A DNA stretch of 64,000 bases, taken from contig OZ037766.1 in assembly GCA_964035545.1 (NCBI GenBank), forward strand, positions 28,503,673-28,567,672, given 5' to 3'. This stretch comes from Bugula neritina (lineage: Eukaryota; Animalia; Bryozoa). The position numbers and the translations under genes were made by a program. Positions 1 to 14,164 of the stretch are shown here, in pieces. Numbering within the stretch: the first letter of the stretch is position 1; each line of letters starts with the position of its first letter. The notes beneath the pieces were generated by a model. It did not search any database, was not told the DNA's origin, and saw only the letters and a list, made by a program, of their open reading frames with translations.

Positions 1-1178
1 TAAACCACTGGCATGAGACTACAAATCACTCAAGTAACAGAAACTCAAAATTGTATAAATTTGAAAGAAGACTGGCCATGCACAGATATATATAACAAGG
101 GAAGTTCAAAAGAGGAATGGATTAAAACATGGATAGCTAAAGCTTTAAATTTACTGTCTTTCTAAGTAACACTCTCTTGTTGATAATCTAAGTAAAATTT
201 AAAAGAGCGCTAATGATCCCATTGATCAAGATAGTAAATGCATAACAGGGAGATTTAATTCTATGATCGGCTGACTCATGCAACTATTTATAGATAAATT
301 TGAGTAGAAGAAGGCAAAAGAAGAATAGCTGTAAATATACACACCAAACCAGGATTTCTTCATTCAATGAACTAGAAAAGTAGAATTGAAAAAAAATAAA
401 CACACAGGGAGCTGGTAATTAGAAGAGGGTGAAACATAATTATTGAGAAAGTGTTAATGCACTCACTGGCTGCATGCAAAGTAGGACAAAATAATTCAAA
501 ATGATGCACTGCACACAATATTGACAATCAGGTTTAGTAAATGAACATACAAGAAGAGTGATGCTAAAAGACTGTTCACTCTGGGGTGCCTCAGAAACAG
601 TTTCAACTGTAGCTTCAGTTTCGCTCTTTTGTGAATCTTCCTTTAACCTGGTCTCTAAACCTGGCTTCTTGGAAGTTAAGAAATAATATTTCTTACACGC
701 GTATACTAATTTACAGGTTAATATCATTAGATTACAATATCTTTAAAAATAGATAGCAAAATGCTTTAGTACAAAATCTTCTTAAACAGACCACCCATGC
801 ACAGGCATATGCAAATAGATAGAGTAACACTGCGTTTAGAAAGTCTAGCAAAATTAAATAGATGCATAAATATAAATTAATATATAAATGTATATACAAC
901 ACAATTCTATCTACAATAAATATTCAATGTCTACACATACATCACATTTGATAAGCTGAACTACATACAGCCGTGAACACAATAAACATTTAAAAAATTT
1001 ATTATTTCAATATTTCAATAGTATCGTTAGAAACAATGACTGGTGCAATTAAACGCAATCACAAGGATAAAACATCCCATTAGTGACAATAGTATCAAAT
1101 TATAACTAGCTTGCATTATTCTGCCGAAATACAATGAATCATAAATCCTTAGATGATGTCACTAGACTAAAAACTTAC

Positions 1179-4100
1179 AGCGCTGGAGAGAGAGAGTAGA
1201 GGAAGCACACTAGATACAAATCTCTGCCACCAAAGAGACAGGAAGTCGCCGTTATAGGAAGTAGAAGCAGCCGACACTGGTTGACCTACATAAGTGTAGC
1301 AACATTGAGACAGGTTAGTGACAGCAGAGATGCTTAGTTGTGGTCATAACATGGAAAAACACTTCAGCATTACAGATGCTCTATTATATCACCAAAAAAT
1401 AAAAGATTATTGCCAAAAATAACACAAAATTATAAAACTGATAGAATTTATCTACTCCTGATACAGTTTACAACTCTTACGGCCTGCAAAAAACTATTGC
1501 ATAGTTTTATTCAAAACCTTTGGCATAGTTTACTGATTTCACTTTCAACAAAACTTTTTATTTAGAAAGACCACTGAAAGACCTTTAAATCTGTAACATG
1601 AAACGATCTAAAGAAATTGCTCTTAAAGATCCCTAAATCAGTTATAAAATGGGGGCAAACTACTATTGGGCTCCAGCACAAGTAAAAGTACGGTGAATTC
1701 ATTCAACTGTGACTTGAACCTTATTAGATATATTCCAAAACCTGGACAATAAACCCTGAGATTTGCTAAAGACAAGTGTACATCGAAATTCATAAAAATT
1801 ATCAAACAAAATGAACAACATGAAAAGATTGGGACTAATATTGTTACTGTAGAATACCTGTAGATTCATTGTAGCTGTAGTCCCAAGGCTTGAATGCACC
1901 AATAAAATGGCAAATCTTGGTTTGAGATCCAAACCTACAAAGTAAAGATATATTATACAGGTTGTTAATAACTCCTAACAAAAAAATGCTGTTAAATTTA
2001 TACACTACTGTCTACAAATCTATATCAGGAAATACTCAAACTGCATGCAAAACCATTATGAATCAATTCACCTGTTATTTGAGTCAAATACTCAGACTAA
2101 ACTGAATAACTATATTTTAGAAAATTTTCAAGCAAATTTAATTATTTCTATTCTTAAATGAAATGATAACCATTCATTAGCTTCAGCAACAAAAGACGGT
2201 TTTTACCAAGTTACATTATAACTACAGGTACTTAATAGAACAGCTTTTACAAACAATCTTGTTTTAAAATACCAATTTCTCAATTCATAATTACTCGAAA
2301 GGAAACACCACTGGCCTGATAGCGCTGTGAGAGAAAATCAACTATAGGTCTAGTTTGGTGAGACATGCAAGAGGAAGTTATCTTTTTAATATTTAGAAAT
2401 TGTCTCACCGCCTAAAAGCTGGAAGGTATGAATATGTAGCCTGTGGAACAACATTATAGAGGAAGGGGAGGTGTTTCTTGATATCAGTGTGTGCCCAATC
2501 ACTAAAAAACATGTTTAATAATCCCTGGTCACCACCTGCAACATAAACATTGGACTTATTTGTAAATGCCATGACAATTGGGGCAGGTGACTTCAGAGTA
2601 TAATCAGGTGAGTAAAATCTCAAAGCTAAGAAGTTTAAAACTACAAAGTCTGGAGGCTTGAAATGATAAAACCAATAAACTAAAACTTGCGAGGTTTCTA
2701 ATTCAATAGGTAAAACCAGAGTATATTGAGCTAAAAAATAAACATGCGAAGTTACAGCTGAAATACCCATTTACTTGATAACTAATCATAGTACTAAAGC
2801 CATGGAAATTAATAGCCAAAGAGAAACTGCTTTAAGATAAATATCAACAATTCTAGTGGATAAGTGGTCAGAGTTGACCAGAAAATACAATTAAAACCAG
2901 CTGCTGTAGGTTGATGACCGTTGAATAGCAAGTGCTAGCTAGTTTAGTTATTACATAAGCCAATATAATTACTAGTAAAACTAGTTACATTATTATGAAC
3001 AATAATCCTATCATCATTACCACTAAGTCTATTACTACTAACACTAGATCAATTACTAATGCCCCTAGTTCAATTACTAATGCCCTTTGTTTAATTACCA
3101 ATACCCCTAGTTCAATTATCAATACCCCTAGTTCAATTACTAATGCCCCTAGTACCAATTACATTATTAGACTGACTAAAAATAAACATCTAGGTACATA
3201 AACACAGTTACCTATGAGAAAGATCTGTATTGAATAAGTTGTATGCTAAAAGATATAATACACAGAAGGTTTGGGGTTCAGAAGAGTTTAATGCAACAAC
3301 TAGAGCTATTTTCTCTTAATTTAGCTGCATCATTAGCCTATTTTTGGCTGAAGAAAAGCATCTCTCTACACTTCAAGGTATGAAAGAGGTGTAACAAAGA
3401 ACCGCAGTAGCTAAATCCAGTGCAAAGCTAATTTTCAACAACCCAAAACCTGTGAATGTAAAGATCAAAGAAAATAAATACAAAGTCCTAAGGATTGCAT
3501 ATTACCATCAAAACTGCCCTCAGTTTTAGCAAATTCCACGAGTCTGGTAAAAGTATCTTTATTGGGGGTGAATACAAACACCCCGGAGTTGAAGCAGTCT
3601 GGCCAACCAGGATCTGGGGCAGCAGAAAGCTCTTCTCTGTCCAACAACTCATCTGAATTCCTCAGCACCTTTAATATCAAATGCTGAGTTCAAGCTGTGT
3701 TAGTATATAAACTGGCAATACTCAAGATTTTATTATCCAATGTTAAATGCTAATAGCTGAATATGCTATAAAGTATCTATATACCAGTAACTATAAAGCC
3801 TATAATAGGTGAGCATGTAATAAATTATAACTACATGCTGGTTTTCACTAGGGTTTCAACCAACGAGTGATGAAGTTGTATTTGGACAATTTCTGCTGTA
3901 CTGTTATCAAATAACGATTATATTATGAGAAACTACAGATGAAATGTGTTTTTTCTAAACCAACAAATCATTTCTATTAAAAATTCATCTTTTCAAATGA
4001 TTGCAAGTCTTCTTCTGTTCATCATTGACCAAGAATGAAACAATGCAAACATATAGCATTGCATCAGCTCTTATCTTAAGATAGTAATGGGTACGGGTCA

Positions 4101-5084
4101 TTTTACTGTATTTAGTACACATCAGCAAATTATTACCAAAATTAAAGTTGGTTCAAAACTTATGAAAATTTAATGTATGTGCTGATCTCAAATATGTAAA
4201 GTAAAAAAGGCTAAGAGGGGGTGCTGCAACATTAAATCGCAACGTCCTCGTCATGTGAGAAAAATCACTGTTTATCTAAAATCAGCATACAAATCAATAA
4301 CAATTGCTGAACTTTAAAATTTTCACTTAGTTAGAGGGGGCGTATACCAAGGTGTCAGCATCAAGGAAGACACATTTCCTGTACTGAGTCAGCTGCCAGC
4401 AGTGCAGTTTAGTGAGAGTGACGCCAAGTTCTGGTCTGTCTAGAAGAGACAAGTTAGCTGTATCTTCAGAATCTAACAGATCCACCTGGTGTACCTCGTC
4501 AAATACCTTCTCCAAACTACATCTACAAAGTGGGACAAATTTTTAAATACTATACATTCATCAACTCCAATATAAAAAAATTCAAAATCAATTTCAAGTG
4601 CTGCAAAATTACGTGTAAACATAGTATTTGTTGGGTAAGGGTCTCAGTAACCAAAAAAACATGAAAAAAAACATAAAAGGGAATAAAATTGAAAAAAAAA
4701 ACTCATTTAACAAGTTCAACAGCCTGAAGTTTACAATAATTTATTGAACAAAACTTTTAATTTTTGCTTTTATTCTCCAACTCCATGAAAGTTAAATAGC
4801 TCAAAACTGTTCTTTTCATAATATTTTATTCACTTAAATCAAATTTAATTGCTTTCTACATAAAAAAACATGAGAATATGAAAATCTGACAAAAAATGTT
4901 TCTACTTTGTAAAATCTCTGTATACGAAAAAAAGCATAGGCTACCTCATTGATGGTGATACTCCTGGAGTGATCATACACACAGTAGCATGCTTAGTTTT
5001 GACTTCACGAAGAGATGTACCAAGTACCAAGGCACCAACACTGTATGGATCATTAGTGGCTAATGTCACAAATGCTTGATCCAT
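1179..5084 (-). CDS. GYG1: Glycogenin (GT8), multi-exon, 3' end outside the window. Exons 5084-4945, 4522-4348, 3668-3506, 2535-2409, 1934-1858, 1285-1179; possible further exon ~668-551
   Basis: Spliced translation gives [96 protein letters not shown] and [17 protein letters not shown]. All junctions are GT-AG with compatible phases. Confidence 0.95.
3044..3155. repeat. 21-bp tandem repeat (ctagttcaattactaatgccc), ~5 copies, intronic
   Basis: Unit visible directly in the sequence; explains the spurious ORF 2995-3201. Confidence 0.85.
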
Positions 5085-6589
5085 CAAGAACTGATCTTTA
5101 AAAACGAGGTTGTAGCCAATATAGTAATAAAACTGAACAGAATGTCTTTCCAATTAAAAAAGTTAGACAACAGAAAAGCTGTATTTTGAAAATCAACTTG
5201 CTTTCATATGTAATTATTCAGGCAACCTTGGCTACCAGTATGGGATTGTTCTAATCTTTGAACAATTATATTGGAGAGCCTATATTAATATTTAAAAACT
5301 CTTAATAGAAAACATACCAGTGCAGTTTTTAAAACCAACTTATCTTATTTGAAAGCTGTTGACGGCATTTTTACAAATAAAAATTATGTTACAAATAATT
5401 AAAACTAAATATTTTAATGGCAAGCCAAGGAGCTGGAGGACAAACATTTAAAAGTTCTTGTATATTTTTAGTAATTATTTCTTAGTGCATAAGCCCTAAC
5501 CCATGTGAATGGTTATAATTGCCCTTTTTATCATTAAACCATCCATTCATTATGTAATAGTATGTGCTTCTATTGTCATACAACTGCTTCCCTTGCAGCA
5601 GTATTTGTAAGCACTCATGTCATTCAAATATTTATAACAGCATACATAAATGCTTTTGTTCCTCCTCCCCTTACAAAGAACCTTCAACTATAAAAAGCTG
5701 TAAATGCTGGATCTTTTAATATTTTATTGAGTTACTTTATACTTTAAACATTTGTACACTTATAGTTATAACATCAATGTTTATTTAAAAAAAGACACTA
5801 CATAGTATTTCTACTGTATCCCTAATCAGTAACTGGTGAGTTAAGGTAACATTAGCAAGAAGGTGAAGTAAAAACTCATTATTTCTGATCAGTATTAATA
5901 ACATTATAACAAATAATAAAATGTTATTATTAACCTAATTAATTGATTATAATAATATTTAAATATTTTCATGTTTAATTTTATTTTCAAGTCAAATTCA
6001 AGTTTTCATTGTAAATATTAAACATTGTGATTGTCACTATGATTGTGATTGATTATATTTACATTCGTCATCATCATTATGATAATGATTAGTAAGTGTA
6101 ACTTTAAAACATTGAATGTGATTGAGTTTAATCACATATTGTACATTTATTTTTAATATAAATGATTAAATCACTTTAATAATCATAATCACTTAATGAA
6201 TAATGGTGATAATGATTCTCATTATATTATTATTAATAATCAGTAATCATCTTAATAATGGTTATAAGTAAGAATAATATCATTATCAATCATAAATCAT
6301 TAACACTAACACTAACTGTAAGTTACTGTTAGTGTTACTGTAACAGTGTAACTGTTAGAGTGTTAGTGTTACACTTACAGTTACTGTAAGCATGCAGTTG
6401 AGTTAGACTAAGACTTAGAGTTAGAGTGAGACTCTAGCCTGCAAATTTTATATTTACATGCTAAAAAACTAAGATGTTATAGTTATTCATTATAGTTATA
6501 TGTTTTTATTTATTTATTCCAGATGTGAAAGCTAATACTAATAGTAATAGTAATAAACAAAATAATTTATAGATTATAATCATGATGAA

Positions 6590-7120
6590 ACTTGCTAGGC
6601 GTACAAGGGTGTTCCATTATAAAATAACTTGAGAAGCTCCGAATTGGTTGGCACTGAGAGTGAGTGCATTAGTTCGGCGTATAATATAGTATGCGTATAC
6701 AAATACTGTACCCGGTCACCTCACTACTTGACGCTGCTTATAGCAATACCTTTTCTATCACTAAACCTTGCCAGTATTCTGTAGTTATTGTAAATTGAAC
6801 TTCAATAGGAGCGCAATAGACCCCGTTTTAATGCTAATTTTAGAGTTTAGGCTTTAGACCAATCAATAGTTTTAAAACCAGCAGCGTATTGTCAGTTCAT
6901 GAACTCTTTTCCAGTTCAATGATTGCGCTAGTGCAGCGTAATATGTTATTATGGCCTTCAACTCTTTGTACATTGAAATGGGTGAAAAGTTTAAAAATCA
7001 CAGGCTAAGGCTATTCAGCGCTGAAATACCACATGGCATCGCGTCTCCGCTTAGCTGCAGACGTTATCTCAAGTTCGCTTCACCAAATGAAATATTACAG
7101 CGATTGTCCTTGGCGCTATC
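6590..7120. promoter_or_regulatory. Probable bidirectional promoter/first-exon region between glycogenin (-) and the Cys-rich gene pair (+)
   Basis: CpG-retaining, less AT-rich island between divergent genes; CCAAT boxes in both orientations (attgg ~6643, ccaat ~6859); flanked by low-complexity AT tracts. Confidence 0.5.
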
Positions 7121-8638
7121 AGTATGATTACTAATGTCATAATGATAATCATAGTGATAATATTTATTTCATAGTAATGCTAATACTAATAGCAGTTAAA
7201 TTTAATATTTTGTTATCTTTATATTAATGATTAATATTATTACTACTCATACTGATACTAACTTAAGTTACTCAGTAAGTTGCTTTTAGTTTTACTTTTT
7301 GTGAATACTTGCAGTTGCTTATATTTAAAAAAGCTATAATATTTATTATAATAATTTATTACTCATACTCATAGTCATAGCTTTTTAAAATCACACGACT
7401 TAGATTTAGTCTGAAAAAACTCACTTCAACTAATACTATTGAACTACAGTAACTGTAAGTTTTGAAAGCTGACAGTGACTTTTTTCTTGGTTTTTAGATA
7501 TTTTAATTTTTTTTGTTTATTTTGCTATTTTTAATGTACCTTGAAAGCTTCTTTCACAATGAAAAGGAAATTTATAACATTTTATATTATTGTACTTGTA
7601 GTGTAACTAATCACTACCAGAGGTTTTACGTCAGAGCATTACTACATAGTGACTGTAGTGTGACAGCTTCTAATCACTAATCAGTCATGTTTTTAGTCAT
7701 AATAAGCAGTTACAAATGCTATAATAGTGTCATTCACTTAACTGTAAATCTTGAATAACGACTGAAGAATCTATATTTCAGTAAGCTCACACAAATAAAC
7801 CTGCACATGAAGTAATTGTTCACCACAGAAGATTCTTGTAGTAACTGATGCTCACAATCACCCAGTCACCTGGTTCTGTTCAACCATTCCTCACTGCTCA
7901 CAATATAGTTGTGGTTTTATCATACCATTAGTGTTTATTATCACTGCCTCTGTTACTGTCACTGTAGGCCTGCTTTACTACCACCACCATTCCATCACCA
8001 CTTCTCAGCTGCTTCTCCTCTTTTGACCTTTCTGGTTGTTAAGTGTGCTTACTGGTTCACCCTTGCTGGGTTGCAGTCACATTTCAGCATTTCTATCACT
8101 TAATATAAAATGTAAAGTAAGATGTAAAATACATATAATATACAGTATATATTCAGTTGCCACTGTTGTAGTCATAATTTAATAATCAAACATGATGTTT
8201 ATTTACTCTAGTCTCACCATTATTTTGATGATTTGACAACACAGTCTGTTTTGTTTTGACTTCTTTTGTTTACTCTCAAGATCCACATGCCTAAATCATG
8301 AATAAGGAATATTTACATTATTTGAAAGTGACTTGTAGCACATCTTTAGCGTTTTTCTATGGCATCCCATCTATGGAAAGCCAGTGATTTACTGCTTTGC
8401 TCTGTCGTATTACAGGAATAAGCATTGTGTTCCACAGAACATTTCAACTGGTTGAGTAGTACAGAGTTAAAACAATATGCTCTAAAATATAAAAGCTATT
8501 TAAGCTATTAGCTATTTAACTGAAAGTTTAACATAGCTTTTTCTCTAAATTCTGAATTGCAATAACCCTATAATACAATATGCTTAAGCCTTATAGAGCT
8601 GACTGCTGTCCTTTTAGATCACTTTGAATCAACAAGTC

Positions 8639-9732
8639 ATGTCTGCTCCACCAGTTCCAGTCATTAAGATTAATGAAATGTGTATACAGGAGCAGTTGGT
8701 GTCATGTATTTGTGACCGTGGAGAGCATGATATCTTCTGTGAAATGTGTGGTTTTACTTTGAGGGGAAGAGTCAGTAAGAAGTGTCCACACCATGAAGGG
8801 GTGAGTCAGTAAGAAGCGTCCGCACAATGAGGGTATTCAGAAGGTATCCGGTGTCTGGTAAAAATGGCACAAATGACAAAAAAATGTAACATCAGTGTGC
8901 TAATTTTACCGACTTCACCATTTGTGCCATTATTACCTATGCCATTGTTACCTAAAATCATTTGCACCATGAGGTGGTGATGCAGTAGGAAGTGGCCACG
9001 CCATGAGAGTGTGTAGTATGATCTACTCAGCATTTACTGTTGCTTTTTGGTATATCAGTAACTCAACATTATACTACATACCCTATTCAGGTGGACACAG
9101 AATGTTTTCGTAGACTATGAGAAGGGCAGGTGGAACAAGGTGGTGTTAGTTGGGGGAATCGAGACAGGGTTGTGTTAGTGAAGACTACTTTTTGTGAGAT
9201 AATTATGAATATGATGTATTCTGTTATTGTATTTATAACTGTTATTTGTAATCCTACTATTGTTATTCTAAATTTCTAGATTTATGCTATTCACCATTCA
9301 AAACCTTATCAAAATAAATATCTAGTGCTTGATTTGAATCTAAACTAAAAATAACAGGTGTTGCTGGGCAACATACTTATCTTGGAAATTCCTGTGGGGA
9401 GAATTAATCTAATTTCTAGAAATTACCTGGGTTTTTACTATAGTGTTAGTTTGGACATTGGGGCATGATGTCAGATTACCGGAAACTCATTTGTCAGTGT
9501 TCCCGAGATTGCAAATTAGTTTCATAGGATCCTTTTTGGCTAGTAAGAAAGTACAGTGCATGCTATCAGTTGCTAAGGTATAATGTTGGTGAGAATAGAT
9601 TTTTCTTATTTGTATGTAGCTAATGAGAAGTTTTTGTATGAAATATTTGATAGAAACTTCTTGTAGGTGTTCCATTTGATGGATATAAACTGTTGTCCAA
9701 AGTGCAGATCTGATAAACTGAAAGAAGTTTAA
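8639..9732 (+). CDS. Small Cys/His-rich putative Zn-binding protein A (75 aa; CG13380-like). Exons 8639-8800, 9667-9732
   Basis: MSAPPVPVIKINEMCIQEQLVSCICDRGEHDIFCEMCGFTLRGRVSKKCPHHEG|VFHLMDINCCPKCRSDKLKEV*. Phase-0 GT-AG intron; pattern CxC-CxxC-GR-CxxH-LMD-CPxC shared with the neighbouring paralogue. Family name recalled, not searched. Confidence 0.85.
8857..8937. repeat. Short inverted repeat / mini-MITE in intron
   Basis: ggtaaaatggcacaaatg ... catttgtgccattattacc form near-perfect 18-19 bp inverted arms. Confidence 0.6.
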
Positions 9733-10797
9733 CCTTGTTTCTGCCATTCTCTCCTAATACTTAACCTCAAGTTCCCAAAAAGCTACTATTACATTTTTGG
9801 TGCCTACAGTCTTATCTTTGTATATATTTTGTTCTTGTAGACTTTTTGGCTCAAATTTATCAGCTCAATGCTTTATTTTTACGTTGGAAATAATCATTGT
9901 TTTTGTACTTATAAGTGTTATTCTCTGCTAAACAACACATTGCTGATGTAGTCCATCACTGCTCCCTTTTCTACCAGATCTGGAATGTAATTGGAGCCGA
10001 ACTGGCATTGTTTTCAGTTTGTTATATTCTGCGCATAAAAATTTATTTGCTCACCAAATTGTCATTATGTTGTACAGATCATATATAACCTTATTTTTGT
10101 TACGTTTTTTTTCAGTGCATCTTGCAAAGTTATTTATGTAAATATATGTTTGACTAATCTACCTCATCCAGCATTCTTCTCCTGTCGTATCCATGAACTA
10201 TAAGTTAGTAAGTTATATACTAGGACATTGATTGTATTACCATCATTCTGGCATTCAAAGGTACCTTTTGAACAAGTCATATTTTGTTTCATCAAACTGA
10301 CTAAAGCGCCTTGAAAACTCATTAGTCAGAATTCTAGTGTAGTTGTGATAGCTTTATATGTAGGTGCAGGTATTTCATCAAGATGTAACTTAGGACATGA
10401 AAAGTTTACATTGAATGCAACAATTAGAAACCAAGTAACATCACAGTTGATTAACCAATAATGTCCTTAGTTAGTTTGTATAATTATGTATTCTATTTCA
10501 CCAACTAAGTGCCATTTTTATTCAGGTTCTCAACTGATGCAAGCCTGAGTATTTTTCTAATATATCATGTCAGTTGTTATAGTTGAGAATGAAATCTACT
10601 GGTACACTGCCTCGGATTTTACACTACATCATGTAGCACTAATCATAATGGTAAACAAGTTTACAAATTACTCGGCTAATCCTATCAGAGTGTCCACCAT
10701 TACTAAAATAACCAGCCCATTCATTATATAACAACAAATTACGGAGTAGGTACTACAACTACACTTCACTAAAGGCCGAAATAGCTTGTAAAATAAT

Positions 10798-10868
10798 TGC
10801 CCCCACTGGGAATCGAACCCAAGTCCTCTGACTTGCAAGCAAGTGTGCTACCATTACACCACAGGAGC
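10798..10868 (-). repeat. tRNA-like (Ala-type) sequence, probably the core of a tRNA-derived repeat or a pseudo-tRNA
   Basis: GCTCCTG TG GTGT AATGGTA GCAC A CTTGC TTGCAA GTCAG AGGAC TTGGG TTCGATT CCCAG TGGGGGC A. A and B boxes and D and T arms are intact, but the anticodon loop is 6 nt with a mismatched stem. Related copies at ~50520 and ~59042. Confidence 0.7.
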
Positions 10869-11383
10869 CCCTGGGTAAACTCAACACTACAGTTTACACA
10901 ATAAAATAATAATTAGGCTTAAACAGCTAAACACATTTTGAGTAGTGAGGATCTCAAAGTTTTCTCAGATTGGACTTAAGAACTTGGAATCAAGAATTGA
11001 TCAGTGGTTGCATAGAGTTAGTGTCAGACCATACAGTAAACTATACTACGGATAAATGCAAATAGTTGTTTTCAGCTTTGAGGAAAAATATTATAATTTA
11101 TAAATCCGGGAATTGTTTTTGTTTGGAATGCACTGCTCATAGAGTAGACAGATTTTTCAGATTAACAAATTATGACCTTTAAAGTTGAATAAATATGCTA
11201 ATATATGTCAAAAGAAATATGTTTAATTCTTATAATTCTCTATTCTTTTATTCAATGTGATATTAATTGTGCAGTTCATTTAAGCCTGTGAATAACCTAT
11301 CTTGGCTGTACTATGAAAAGTTCTAACAGTTGCTTAGCTAAAGTAACTTAAGTCAATGTATCTTGTGTACTGATAGAGAAAAT

Positions 11384-12249
11384 ATGACAAGCAAATTTGA
11401 AATGATAAGTTCAGTGTGGAAAAATGATTATGACAGTTATTTTGATTGTGAATGCAGGCGCAAAGAAAAGTATATATTGTGTATAATATGCGGGTACACA
11501 TTTAAAGGGCGGATTAGTAAAATGTGTTCCATCCACAAAAAGGTGAGTTCTTATTGTAGTCAGAAATTGTTTTTTATTTGCTCAAAATTAAACTGTGAAA
11601 TACTTCCAGCGTTGGCTCAAGTATAATAATATATTATTATGGTAGCATGTTATTTTAAATCTATGAGGCTAATTTTATAACCTTTACCAAATAGAAAATA
11701 GAGATGTTATTATACACTTAAGAGGTAGGTACAGTAAAGGAGAAATTGAGGAAAGCCTATGTTCTAGATTAGAAATGCAGCATAAGAAGTTATGTTCTCA
11801 CGAGAACTTCAACCTGCGCCCAAAAAAAAAAATTATTTAATAATAAAATTAAAAAGTACTTTGGCTATCTCAATTTTTTCACTACCGTTCCTTAATCAGC
11901 AAATACTGTCATAGGCTAAGCCAATTCATGCTACAGCCACTAAATGAAGTTGGTAGAAAACAATTAGAAAACTTGATAATCTGTTTTGATAGTCAAATAG
12001 TTGCACTATTTTAAATATTAGTGTTTATTGATTTATCAAAAACATGGTGAATTTGCAGATGTTTTGCTCCCTGTAAATTCAGGATTTGTTTAAAGCTGTT
12101 TGATTGTTCAGAATATGCCTATATCAATAAGCTATATATGCATAGTTATCAAACTGCAGTTGTAAAGTTTGTTAAATTTTTAGGTATTTCATTTGATGGA
12201 CATCCATTGCTGTCCAAAGTGCAAGTCTGAAAGAATGAAAGAGATTTGA
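11384..12249 (+). CDS. Small Cys/His-rich putative Zn-binding protein B (74 aa; paralogue of A). Exons 11384-11542, 12184-12249
   Basis: MTSKFEMISSVWKNDYDSYFDCECRRKEKYILCIICGYTFKGRISKMCSIHKK|VFHLMDIHCCPKCKSERMKEI*. Same intron position and phase as paralogue A. Confidence 0.85.
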
Positions 12250-12884
12250 TTTTCTATAATCTATATCTTTCCTTGGAACTATAAGCTATATAACTTTATT
12301 GCTTGATGACTTTGAGCTACAAACTATTAACAAGTATCGACCAAGCCGTAATACTTTATTAAAAAATAATTGATGGCAATGAGACTATCCGGTAATCATT
12401 AAATAGGTGTCTATATATCTACATAATTTTTTATTTTGTTGCGCTATACATAATGTATACCTGCTCTTACATACCTATTTATATGTACTATCACACTATT
12501 TCTACTCTTACATACATTTTATTAAGATTACACTGTTGTATAATTTTATTTACCAATTATTATCATGCAATTGAATGTGCTAAAAGACGGATGCATGGCC
12601 AGTAATAATTTATTGGAGGTTACTTAGGCTTTCAAATAAATTATTGTATTTCAAATATTATATAATTATCTTTTCTTATGTTTGTGCACATCATAATTAT
12701 GCTTATAATTATAAAATCAATAAACTATTTGTTCTCTGAATTAAAGTTGTTTTTCCTTAAATGATACCTAGAAATTAAGTTAAAGGTGTATAACTAATAG
12801 GTTGGGCGAAATTGCTGTGTTGATGGGAAAAAAGGGGGGGATAATCATCTAACTGTACATCATCTTGCTCCATGCAATACATCT

Positions 12885-14124
12885 TTAGAAAATGTCAATA
12901 TCCAGCAAATCACCAGCTAATGCTCCAGCTAAAAATCCCCCAGCTGCACCTACAAACAAATTCTTTTTGGTTGTGATCACTTTATAACTAAAGTCTGTTT
13001 GTAAGCATGCTTTTAACAAAAACCAAGAAGCATTAAGTTTGAGACGGTCGCATCTGCATTTATCAGTATTGGATATTTTAGCTTACTGTTCAAGTAAATC
13101 GTGTATTGCAATTTTATTTTACTTGCTTTATTTTCTAATCAATGTTGGGAACAACTTTTAGTTTGTTACTTTTGAAGATATTGAGCTGTGAGCCATAAAA
13201 GCAAATCAAAAACTTTAAAAATTTGGAATATATAAAAGATATTAAAAATCCAAAAAAAAGCTTCAAAAACCACAATATCAAACTATTGCTCACACAGTAC
13301 ATTATAAAACTGCACACTCCGTAAAACTGAGTATGCAAATATAATATTTTATAGTAATTTCAAATTTAATCCTAATATCTGTTCTGCTCTATTTCTATAC
13401 TATCACAGATTAAAGTTGTATATACTTCACATATAGTTGAAACTGCTGTTTTATGTGTTGTAAAACATGTGAGCCATGACTAACCCATCATGGTGTTGTT
13501 ACTGATGCCTCCACGAGATTGTGGATGGGGATATCCTCCAGGAGGATATTGAGGGCCATAGGCATGGGGGTATGGTGCAGGAGGGCCATAGGGAGAGGGT
13601 GGGGGCCCATATCCTGGTGCGTATCCTCCATAACCAGGTCCTGAAAAGGGTGGATATCCTTGTGGTGGGTAATTGTACCCTGGTGGTGGGGGCACATGTC
13701 CTGGTAGGGGTGGTTGGTTAGGTGAGTGGTGGCCTGGATGAGGAGGCATCATCTGGGAAGGGGAACGGTAGGGCTGTGACGATGTTGGGTTGAATGATGA
13801 CTGTTGGTGGTAAGACATTGATGGTTGCCCATACCCTGCAAGGGCTGTAAAAATAACTACTTTTACACTATAAAGAACCTAAAATATGCATAGTGTGAAT
13901 AAAATTAAATTCTCAATTTAGCTGCCAAGAAAACCAAGTACTACCCATATTAAGTATTTGTGGAAAGATTTCAGTTTTATCAGTATATGAAAAATACAAA
14001 GATCATTCTGTTAAATATGAATATGAGTTATAAGTTGTCTTGATCATATAATTCAATGGAATATTATGTTAACAGTTCAGAAACTGTGAGCTGTATTTAG
14101 AATAACTGTTACCTTTCAACAACT

Positions 14125-14164
<40 letters not shown>

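Noticed and set aside
7034-7121. ATG-initiated exon MASRLRLAAD... as N-terminus of microprotein A
   Set aside because: The splice phases I tried are out of frame with the Cys-rich ORF; at most a 5' UTR exon or uORF.
10798-10868. Functional tRNA gene
   Set aside because: 6-nt anticodon loop, mismatched anticodon stem, several wobble pairs in the acceptor stem, and more degenerate copies elsewhere.
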